Assembly (NCBI GenBank): GCA_014376785.1
Contig: JACMQW010000014.1
Span: 9,640-73,639, forward strand
Length of the DNA: 64,000 bases
Direction of reading: 5' to 3'
Source: Oligoflexia bacterium
GTDB taxonomy: Bacteria; Bdellovibrionota; UBA1018
Shown here: positions 28,580 to 36,513 of the stretch, piece by piece
How positions within the stretch are numbered: the first letter of the stretch is position 1
Layout: each line of letters starts with the position of its first letter
Made by a program: the position numbers and the translations under genes
Notes under the pieces: model-generated
Seen by the model: only the letters and a program-made list of their open reading frames with translations
What the model was told of the DNA's origin: nothing
Database searches by the model: none

Positions 28580-30041
28580 AAAAATGATCTCGAATGCGGC
28601 GCAAACTTAAAAAGCTCGCATAACTCCAGGTGAGATCGCGCGCCCCCTGCATGTAGCCATCCACTCGGTTGAATTGCTCGGACTGATGCCCGGATCGGTC
28701 CGTATGGAACTGAGAGCGCCGAATATAGGCATCGCTGCGGTCTGCAAGCGCCTTCAAGAGCGCACCGAAAGTCATGTCTCCGGCTTGGAGCGACCTTTTC
28801 GTTCGAAGATTTGTTCTGAGCAACGACTCGAAAAAAGGGCGGGACACATCCGTGATCTTCACCCCACCTTGAGCTTTCAGTTCCCCACGGAGGCGAAGGA
28901 GGTACTCAGCCATGGCATGGGTGGAGAGGAACCACGGGTTACCCTGACGGTCCGTTCGGTAACCATCGTATCGATCCTCCGGATAGCGACCGATGCCAGG
29001 AGCCATTTGGAAGCCATCGGGATTCGTTTTTTCGCGGTTCAGAGGATAAGCGTAATCGAATGCCTGCTCGAGCTGGAACATCGTCGCGATCACACGGTCG
29101 TCATCGACGGAAAAAGGAAAGCCGGATTTTCCAGAGTGGAGAACTCCGAGAATGACCGCGATGTCTAAACTGGAGTATTTATCTCCTGCGCCATCTATCC
29201 GGTTGCGAGTGGCCATCAGGTAGCCTTTCGATCCAGACCAGAAGGCATTTAAAGACCCGAGAACCAAGACGGACTGCTCTTTGTAAAATTTCGCCGCAGA
29301 TGAATCGCCCATTCGTTGCGCAAAAACAGCACCGTCGAGAAGCGCACGCCACTGGGCAATGCGCGTGTAAAAGTGATCGCCTCGGACTTCTTCCCAGAGA
29401 TCAAACGATGAGTCTTGCCAGTGGTGGGCGACGTACTCAAGGTCGGCTTTGATCACTGTTCTTGCGGGCATTTCTGCGCGGTAAAGGACTTGGTTCACGA
29501 ACTCACGGTCGGACGAGCGCATGAGGTCATCTGCAAGGCCTAAGAGCGCACTCACTCTGAGAGCGGGGCCATCATTCTGAGGCCGGCCCCAGCCTTTTTC
29601 ATAAGGGTGGCCATCGATCTCAAATTTCGGTTCGCCAATACCGAGGTCATAGGCGGCGCCAGACCAATTCGAAGTGCCCTGGAGACGACGGGAAAAGAGC
29701 GCGAAATCCTTCAGTGTGTTCTGAGCCAGCTTGCCGTTCACGCTCCGGTAATTCCAGACCTCCCGCATGACCAGAGATCCATCACGGACCCAAAAAGCGT
29801 AATAATCCGGCTGTGACCGCGAAGGCGACGCCATGACCGATCCCAATGCTCCGTCAGATGGACTGATCGCGTGGATCATGAAATCCAGGGAACGCTTCGT
29901 TTGGTCTTGGATCCAATGTTCCAGACTCGATTCCGCACCATTCGCTACCGGGAGACTTACCCATAGAGCGGCTAAGACGAAATTCAGAACCCATGCGCGG
30001 TGCACGCGACGCTTCACTGACCGATTTCCCCAAATCTTCAT
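28572..30041 (-). CDS. Secreted glycoside hydrolase family 15 enzyme (glucoamylase, glucodextranase or trehalase-like)
   Basis: Signal peptide, a WVRDGS region and the GH15 catalytic-region motif DLWEEVRGDHFYT. 489 aa. Confidence 0.8.
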   Translation of the reverse strand: MKIWGNRSVKRRVHRAWVLNFVLAALWVSLPVANGAESSLEHWIQDQTKRSLDFMIHAISPSDGALGSVMASPSRSQPDYYAFWVRDGSLVMREVWNYRSVNGKLAQNTLKDFALFSRRLQGTSNWSGAAYDLGIGEPKFEIDGHPYEKGWGRPQNDGPALRVSALLGLADDLMRSSDREFVNQVLYRAEMPARTVIKADLEYVAHHWQDSSFDLWEEVRGDHFYTRIAQWRALLDGAVFAQRMGDSSAAKFYKEQSVLVLGSLNAFWSGSKGYLMATRNRIDGAGDKYSSLDIAVILGVLHSGKSGFPFSVDDDRVIATMFQLEQAFDYAYPLNREKTNPDGFQMAPGIGRYPEDRYDGYRTDRQGNPWFLSTHAMAEYLLRLRGELKAQGGVKITDVSRPFFESLLRTNLRTKRSLQAGDMTFGALLKALADRSDAYIRRSQFHTDRSGHQSEQFNRVDGYMQGARDLTWSYASFLSLRRIRDHFYE

Positions 30042-30120
30042 GGGCCGAACCTACTACCCAGAATCTATGAGCGCAATGTATCTGGACGACTAGACACGGT
30101 AACTGCGATGTGTCATTCCT

Positions 30121-30687
30121 TTGCAGATGCTGCGTGCCCCTTCACAAGCTCTGATTTTGCTCGCTCACCCGACTTACGCTGAATCGAAGCTGAACCGAGC
30201 TCTCCTGAATTCAGTGGCCGGAAATTTGGACATCAAAGTGAGGGATCTGGCTTCGCTTTATCCTGACTTCAAAATCGATGTGGCCGCCGAACAAAAGGCC
30301 CTCATCGAAGCCGACCTGATTGTCTTCCAGTTCCCGCTATTTTGGTACAGCACGCCGGCTATTCTAAAAAAATGGCAAGACGAGGTCCTCACCTGGGGAT
30401 TCGCGTTTGGAAAAATGGGAAAAGCGCTCCATGGGAAAAAGTTTCTCGTCGCAACCACGACCGGGGTCGACGAAACATTTTACCTGCCAAGCGACAATCG
30501 GCCTTACGACATGGAGGATTACTTAAGTCCCCTCATCCAAACCGCAAGGTACTGCGGACTCGAGCCGTTGCCCTGCTTCTGCCTCTACGGCGGTCGAAAT
30601 CTCCCGGAGAACCGGATCGCGGAGGCGGCCGCCGCCTACCGAAAAATCCTTATCGATACCTTAAAAAATGCGGATCAACGCTCCTAA
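30121..30687 (+). CDS. Flavodoxin-like-fold NAD(P)H oxidoreductase (KefF/YwrO/general stress protein 14 family)
   Basis: LILLAHPTYAESKLNRAL and DLIVFQFPLFWYSTPAILKKWQDEVL match the Flavodoxin_2 family pattern. Confidence 0.75.
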   Translation: MQMLRAPSQALILLAHPTYAESKLNRALLNSVAGNLDIKVRDLASLYPDFKIDVAAEQKALIEADLIVFQFPLFWYSTPAILKKWQDEVLTWGFAFGKMGKALHGKKFLVATTTGVDETFYLPSDNRPYDMEDYLSPLIQTARYCGLEPLPCFCLYGGRNLPENRIAEAAAAYRKILIDTLKNADQRS

Positions 30688-31498
30688 GTTTGAAGCAAGC
30701 CGCTACTTTGAAGCTCGGCCGTTCTACCCAGAAGCGGTATTCGAGAGTCTCATAAACCTCTTGAAGAAGCGGCCGGCACTCGAGTCCTTCCTGGATATCG
30801 GCTGCGGAGCGGGCCAATCACTCGCTTCTTTTTTGAAAAATTTTCCCGCCTCGCTCGGATCCGGTGCGATGCTATCAGGATTTGCGGCCGATCCCGATGC
30901 TTCCATGATCGCGCGAACAAACGCTGAGTACGGGAGTGTTTTTCCGAATGTGAAATTTCTTCAGGCGACGGCGGAAAAAATCTCACTCGAAGACTCGATC
31001 ATCGACCTCATCTTAGTGGGGTCAGCATTCCATTGGTTTGATCGCGAATTGGCATCGAAAGAATTTCACCGAATCCTCAAGCCAAGAGGGTTGGTTTTTA
31101 TTTTTGAGTACCAGTTCCCAAAAAGCCTCGCGTCTACCGAACTGAATGCCTCAGTGAAAACGCGTTTCAACCGAGAATGGAAAGCCCCCAACCAAAAGCC
31201 GAGGGGGACCCTGGGCGAATTGACTCAGTCTTTTCGGGATCCGACTCTCTGGAAAACCCATTCCGACGCGCGACCAAAATGGGAAGAAGACCTATCCCTC
31301 GAATCCTTTTTAGGACACCTCTTCACCCAGTCTCGATTTCTCCACGCCGAAGCAAAATCAGGCAATCCATCGGTTTACCGAGAAGAAAGTCGCCAATTTT
31401 TCCGTCCCTATTTTCTGGGAGACCGGCACCCCTTCGACTTAAAGCCAAGAACGTGTTTATTTGAAAAAATTTCCCCTTCTAGAAAGAAATGGATTTAG
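30668..31498 (+). CDS. Class I SAM-dependent methyltransferase
   Basis: Motif I FLDIGCGAGQS and motif post-I/II LILVGSAFHWFD. 276 aa. Confidence 0.7.
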   Translation: MRINAPKFEASRYFEARPFYPEAVFESLINLLKKRPALESFLDIGCGAGQSLASFLKNFPASLGSGAMLSGFAADPDASMIARTNAEYGSVFPNVKFLQATAEKISLEDSIIDLILVGSAFHWFDRELASKEFHRILKPRGLVFIFEYQFPKSLASTELNASVKTRFNREWKAPNQKPRGTLGELTQSFRDPTLWKTHSDARPKWEEDLSLESFLGHLFTQSRFLHAEAKSGNPSVYREESRQFFRPYFLGDRHPFDLKPRTCLFEKISPSRKKWI

Positions 31499-31507
31499 AA
31501 CCCCTCT

Positions 31508-31939
31508 ATGCGTTTCTTCTTCGCTCTCTCCATTCTCGCGCTCAGCTTGGCTTTGGGTTTCACCGGTTGTTCGAAGACTCCGCAGTCTGAAAAATCCGCT
31601 TCGAGCCAAACGGTTATTTCGGATAAAATTCCGAAGAATGTGACTGCAGGTTGCGCGGCATCGGACCAAGAACTTCTCTTAAGCGGAGTTGCCGCACAAG
31701 AAAGCGCTAAAAATCGAATTGAAAAATACGCGAAAAGTAATCCCGCAAAAGAAAACTTCAAGCGCCTCTATACGATTCAAACCATGCTCACTCGCACCAC
31801 GAATGAAACCCTCGCGAAGTTTCGGGAATGCGGAAAATTAGTTCCCGACGCCACGATTTTCGATCTCCAAGAAAAACTCAACAAAGCTCAAGACGACCTT
31901 GATTACCTCGTCGAAAGTTTCCCAGAATTTCGTTCTTAA
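31508..31939 (+). CDS. Hypothetical lipoprotein
   Basis: Signal peptide with lipobox LALGFTGC. 143 aa, no recognisable domain. Confidence 0.5.
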   Translation: MRFFFALSILALSLALGFTGCSKTPQSEKSASSQTVISDKIPKNVTAGCAASDQELLLSGVAAQESAKNRIEKYAKSNPAKENFKRLYTIQTMLTRTTNETLAKFRECGKLVPDATIFDLQEKLNKAQDDLDYLVESFPEFRS

Positions 31940-32127
31940 TTTCTTCATTTTCGTTAAAATTCTCGAGTTATTTCACGAATTCGTGACGAAAAAATCACAT
32001 CTTTTTCAAACTTCCTGAGTCTTTTCAGGAGTGTCGACGATGACTCATTCCATAACCTCGCCTATTAAGAGAAACTCAGATTCAGGCTAAACGAACCTAA
32101 CTTCAGGTTCGAAAACGAGGACACGGT

Positions 32128-33177
32128 ATGATTCAGAAAAAGACCTCGATCCGTATCGGGATCGCAACACTCATGGGAAGTTTCATTCTGGCCGGCTGCA
32201 CGACTTCTTCGAAGCAATCGGGCGGTGGACTTGAATTCACAAACGGCCTGACGGATGAACCGCAACTTTCTCACGCCATTTCTCGCTTCTGCGACTCCGC
32301 CTACATCGCCGTGAATCAGAGCCAAGAGATTACTCCGCTCGACGTCCTCGCGCGGTTCGAAAAAATTCATAAGATGCGGGCAAAGTGGTCCAGTGAATTT
32401 ATGGTCGCTGAATTAACGAAGGCGTCCCTCATTTCAAACAAACGCACGGAAATCGTATTCGCGCGTTTAGAAGAACTCGAAAAGCGGATCGGAAATAAAC
32501 TCTCGGGAGATTCCCTCGCCGAACTTGCGAAGGTTTCCGTGATCACCGAGACCGAAGCAAACACGGTGGCTTCTCTCTATGAGAGTTATTTAAAATCAGA
32601 TCGAAAATGGGAATTAAAAACTTCTCCGGTTGAACTCACCAAACTTTCGCTTTTCACGGACCGCGATGCGGCCACGATCTTCGCGTCCTACGACGAATTC
32701 GCACTCCGCCAAGGTCGCATCGGCGGCGAGAAAGAATTGATCGAGCTCACGAAGAGTGCAGTACTTACGGGCCGCACGCCCAATGACATCGTGAAACTCT
32801 TCGACCAAATCGAGAAAATCGACCAAGGCTGGGTGACTCGAGCCGGAACCGCGGAACTTGTGAAACTTTCCATCCTCACAAACCAGTCGGTGAAGACGGT
32901 CTATTACCGCTACACAGAAATCGCAGCAAAAAATAAATCTAAAAAAAACCAAGACCGCACTTTGGAACTTTTAAAACTATCGCTGCTGGGCAAGCGGTCC
33001 ACAAAAGAAGTCGTGTCCATGTACGACCATTTCGCTCAGCCTAAGCCCCAATCTCTGAGCATGGTTTCCGGCGAGCTCCTCCAAGATTCCGTTTTCGGAA
33101 ATCAGGTCGATGAGTGCAACGGCGGCTTTGCCCGACTAATTCTTTCGATCGATTCGTACCGAAACGAAGAGGGATAA
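32128..33177 (+). CDS. Lipoprotein with about six tandem degenerate repeats of roughly 40 aa
   Basis: Lipobox ILAGC. The repeats are ELTKASLISNKRTEIVFARLEELEK / LAELAKVSVITETEANTVASLYESY / ELTKLSLFTDRDAATIFASYDEF / LIELTKSAVLTGRTPNDIVKLFDQIEK / ELVKLSILTNQSVKTVYYRYTEIA / LELLKLSLLGKRSTKEVVSMYDHF. Confidence 0.55.
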   Translation: MIQKKTSIRIGIATLMGSFILAGCTTSSKQSGGGLEFTNGLTDEPQLSHAISRFCDSAYIAVNQSQEITPLDVLARFEKIHKMRAKWSSEFMVAELTKASLISNKRTEIVFARLEELEKRIGNKLSGDSLAELAKVSVITETEANTVASLYESYLKSDRKWELKTSPVELTKLSLFTDRDAATIFASYDEFALRQGRIGGEKELIELTKSAVLTGRTPNDIVKLFDQIEKIDQGWVTRAGTAELVKLSILTNQSVKTVYYRYTEIAAKNKSKKNQDRTLELLKLSLLGKRSTKEVVSMYDHFAQPKPQSLSMVSGELLQDSVFGNQVDECNGGFARLILSIDSYRNEEG

Positions 33178-33181
33178 ATCC

Positions 33182-33808
33182 TTGCGTGCCGGAGGGTTGA
33201 TCCTGGATTGTTCGGGCCCAGTGCACGGCGATTGGATTCGTCAAACCCTGAAAGGGGCTCAAAGTCGAATCGTCCTCTACCGTCGAAATTTCGAAAGCGC
33301 ATCTTTGTCGGAGATCCCCACGCACACTTCGCTTCAGATGGTATCGGGATGCTTGGTCACTTTTCTCAGAAAAACGAAGTCATCCGTTTCGCTCATCGTG
33401 GACGATTCCGGTGCCTTCCATTTCGATGAACAACCGCTCGAACTTTTAAAACGTTATTACGACGCTTTGAGTTGGGACGGAGAAGCCTGGATCCGATTCC
33501 CCGCGAGTTTCTGGGTGTTCCTCGATGGCGGTCACCGCGTCTCCCTCCAAGAATACCTCATCATGAAATTCCCCTCTTTTGTAACGACCCTCCGTCAAAA
33601 TGAGATGCCGACTGGCCTCCGATCCGGAGTTTCTTCGAATGAGGGTTGGATTCGCATTCGAAAAGTTCACCACACCCCTCGGCTGTTTTTCCAGCTCCAA
33701 CCCCGGAGCCTCGGTGGCACTGCGAATTCACATATTGTCCATTCGCCCGTCGTGGAGTTCGTCGAGATCTCTGCGCGAAATGGCGTTTGCTTCAAAAAAG
33801 TCGCGTGA
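33182..33808 (+). CDS. Hypothetical protein
   Basis: 208-aa ORF five bp after the repeat lipoprotein. No recognisable motif. Confidence 0.4.
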   Translation: MRAGGLILDCSGPVHGDWIRQTLKGAQSRIVLYRRNFESASLSEIPTHTSLQMVSGCLVTFLRKTKSSVSLIVDDSGAFHFDEQPLELLKRYYDALSWDGEAWIRFPASFWVFLDGGHRVSLQEYLIMKFPSFVTTLRQNEMPTGLRSGVSSNEGWIRIRKVHHTPRLFFQLQPRSLGGTANSHIVHSPVVEFVEISARNGVCFKKVA

Positions 33809-33823
33809 TAAGCCTTCCCGCAC

Positions 33824-34702
33824 ATGAACAAACTTTTGCCTGATGCCGTCCTCCGATCCGTGGAAATCTACCGCGCGTTTCTCCGCGACCACTCGATCGG
33901 GATTCCTAATATCCACGCCGTGCTCGGCTCGGGAATCGGATCATCATTTGTGGATGAATGGGTCCCTAGCGGATGGGAATCCATCGGGACGTTAGATTTT
34001 AAAACGCTTCCCGCCATCACGGCCGCCACTGCCCCCGGACATCCGGGTATCTACCGTTTTTTTCGCGAAAAAAAGTCGCAGAAAGTCCTCTGCCTCCAGG
34101 TTGGAAGGCTTCACGGCTACGAAGGACTCACTCCGGCCGAGACCGCACTCTCCGTGATGGTTCCTAGACTGGCCGGAACCGAAAATTTCGTTTTAACCAA
34201 CGCAGCCGGCGGATTGAAACTCGAGTGGGAAATCGGATCCATCATGATGATCCGTGACCACGTAAACTTTACGGGCCAAAATCCTCTGACCGGTCCGCTT
34301 TATACTACGACCGATGGGAAAACAGTGGGGCCACGGTTCCCCGATCTTTCGAAAGCCTGGGACCGAGAGTTTAACGACCAGCTTCGAAAGGAACTCTCCG
34401 CGAGTGGGCTCACCACTCATGATGGAGTTTACCTCGGGGTCGCCGGCCCGAGTTTCGAAACGCCCGCCGAAGTACGCCTGTTCGCGCAATGGGGAATGGG
34501 AACCGTCGGAATGTCGACGGTCTGGGAGGCCATCACGCTCGCCCACGCAGGAGCGCGAGTATCCGGATTCTCGCTGATCACGAACCTCGGTTGCGGATTG
34601 AATCCCGGCGTCGTGTTAGATCACTTTGTGATCTTGGAAGCATCTAAAGTCGCGGCCAAGAAAGTCATCGCCGCGCTTTTCACTCTCGCAGAAAAAAGCT
34701 GA
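33824..34702 (+). CDS. punA: Purine nucleoside phosphorylase (PNP family 2, PunA/MtnP-like)
   Basis: HAVLGSGIGS, TAATAPGHPG and GRLHGYEGLTPAETA...LTNAAGG motifs. Confidence 0.8.
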   Translation: MNKLLPDAVLRSVEIYRAFLRDHSIGIPNIHAVLGSGIGSSFVDEWVPSGWESIGTLDFKTLPAITAATAPGHPGIYRFFREKKSQKVLCLQVGRLHGYEGLTPAETALSVMVPRLAGTENFVLTNAAGGLKLEWEIGSIMMIRDHVNFTGQNPLTGPLYTTTDGKTVGPRFPDLSKAWDREFNDQLRKELSASGLTTHDGVYLGVAGPSFETPAEVRLFAQWGMGTVGMSTVWEAITLAHAGARVSGFSLITNLGCGLNPGVVLDHFVILEASKVAAKKVIAALFTLAEKS

Positions 34703-34745
34703 GACGAAGCTCTAGCTCCCCTTTATTCAAACCGATGAGGAGGGC

Positions 34746-35819
34746 ATGAAGTTCGGTCTGCTCTCTCTTCTTTTCGTTCTTTCGCTGTTCAGTAGTTCTG
34801 CACGAGCCGAGGTTTCAGGAGTTCGCACGCTCACCACCCACCTCGCGAATGGGCTAGAGCTCGAAACGACCGCATTCGTCGCGGAAAGCGAAGAGGACCG
34901 CCAAAACATCGACGCTCGGATTACCGAGATCCTCCGAGCCGACCTCCAGGCGAATCCGAATTTGAAAATTCGATTTGAGGAAGTTCGGGAGGGGGCAGGT
35001 CGGAATCCGTCGAGCAAGGTCGAAAAAACCGAAGAGTCCGCCACCGCCGCTCGTGATTCGCTCCGAAAGCTAGCGAAGGGAAGGACGATCAAGCGCAGTT
35101 TTCTCGGGTCGGATTTACTCGGCGAACTGAGACAGAAATTTAAAGACTGGTATCAGCCCCGCAAATACCGAGTGACCTACGCGCTGACGCGCGGACTCGT
35201 AAATACCGGGGTCATTACCTGGAGCTACACCGCATCCGGCCTTCCACTCAGCGTGGCCTTACCTGCCGCAACTTTTTCGGGACTCGTGCTGAGTGGGGGA
35301 TTCCAATATTTCAATGCTGAAGTCCAAACCTTCGTCACAAAAACATTTCACGAAGCCATGCCATCGAAAGCGCTAGCTCGAGTCGATCGCTTAGTCGAAC
35401 CCCTCGCTCGGCAGTTCGTTCTCGAGTTTGCTTACACGGCCGCTATCAAACTCTCTCTCGCACTACTCGGACACCCACCGGATGGTTCTTCGATGGATAT
35501 CTTCGTCAACACGGTAAAACTTGCGGCTTCGGGATTCATGGCTCAAGCATTTCTCGACAGTGCGAACACTCGCTACACCAAATGGAAACTCAGTGAAACA
35601 AAGGACGAAAGATCACAGTTCAAAATCCAACGCCGCTCGGACCTCATCACTATGGGTATCTCCGCTCTTTCCGTTGCGGCGACGGTGGGAAAGCTCAGCG
35701 GGATGCCCATCGCGGACACCACTTTTATCGCGATGACGGCTGCGGGAATCATTTCCTATGTGAAAGTTCTGCATAGTGAGTGGACCTGCGGGACGCTTTT
35801 AGGACCGGACGCGGAGTAG
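34746..35819 (+). CDS. Secreted hypothetical protein with C-terminal hydrophobic segments
   Basis: Signal peptide MKFGLLSLLFVLSLFSSSARA. 357 aa. No recognisable domain. Confidence 0.5.
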   Translation: MKFGLLSLLFVLSLFSSSARAEVSGVRTLTTHLANGLELETTAFVAESEEDRQNIDARITEILRADLQANPNLKIRFEEVREGAGRNPSSKVEKTEESATAARDSLRKLAKGRTIKRSFLGSDLLGELRQKFKDWYQPRKYRVTYALTRGLVNTGVITWSYTASGLPLSVALPAATFSGLVLSGGFQYFNAEVQTFVTKTFHEAMPSKALARVDRLVEPLARQFVLEFAYTAAIKLSLALLGHPPDGSSMDIFVNTVKLAASGFMAQAFLDSANTRYTKWKLSETKDERSQFKIQRRSDLITMGISALSVAATVGKLSGMPIADTTFIAMTAAGIISYVKVLHSEWTCGTLLGPDAE

Positions 35820-35823
35820 TCGC

Positions 35824-36513
35824 TCAATCCTTTCGCCTCGAGCCCCGATTCGGCACCGCAAAAATGTGATCCGTGCTCACCGCGAAAATCTGGTCCCCTG
35901 CTTCGAAGTGCTTAATCTCACTCCCCCCGGCCAACTGACTAAAAGCCGGCAAATATCCGATGTTTTTTTTCACGTAAAACGCGGGAAACTTCCCATAGTC
36001 TGAAACTTCCGGAATGCGAATCGCGGGATGCTGGTGTCCCTGCCAAGTGAATTCACCAGATGTTTTTTTCTCTGCCCTCGCTTCATGGCAAAGTCGAATT
36101 CCGGAGCTTATGAATGCGGAATCCCCTAACGTGATTCCGCATTCCGGGAGCCACTCGTTGATCGCACGGTCATGATTTCCAGGGATGAGTCGCACTTCCG
36201 TCTTGGGATATTGTTCAGTCCAACGCCGGATTTTCGAACGCAACTCGACATGCATTCCGGCAGGATGGTGAATCAGATCGCCTAAGACAAAAACACGCCG
36301 TGATTGATAGCGTTCGATCATTTTTCCGAGTAAGAACGACTCCTCATCGAAAACCCCTTCCGGAACCGGAAATCCGCGGGATTGTAAAAAAGCCTCGCGA
36401 CCCCAGTGAAGATCCGAACAAAGTAGAATGCTTTCTTCCTCCCAGTATGCCGTTTTCGCAGCGTTCAATAGAAAGGATTGGCCGTGAATCGAAACTCGAA
36501 TTTCATCCGACAC
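35824..36513 (-). CDS. pdeM: Ligase-associated DNA damage response phosphoesterase (PdeM, calcineurin-like)
   Basis: Metallophosphoesterase motifs LLCSDLHWG, VFVLGDLIHH and IPGNHDRAI. Overlaps the upstream helicase gene by 11 bp, whose start at 36503 lies inside this CDS. Confidence 0.8.
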   Translation of the reverse strand: MSDEIRVSIHGQSFLLNAAKTAYWEEESILLCSDLHWGREAFLQSRGFPVPEGVFDEESFLLGKMIERYQSRRVFVLGDLIHHPAGMHVELRSKIRRWTEQYPKTEVRLIPGNHDRAINEWLPECGITLGDSAFISSGIRLCHEARAEKKTSGEFTWQGHQHPAIRIPEVSDYGKFPAFYVKKNIGYLPAFSQLAGGSEIKHFEAGDQIFAVSTDHIFAVPNRGSRRKD

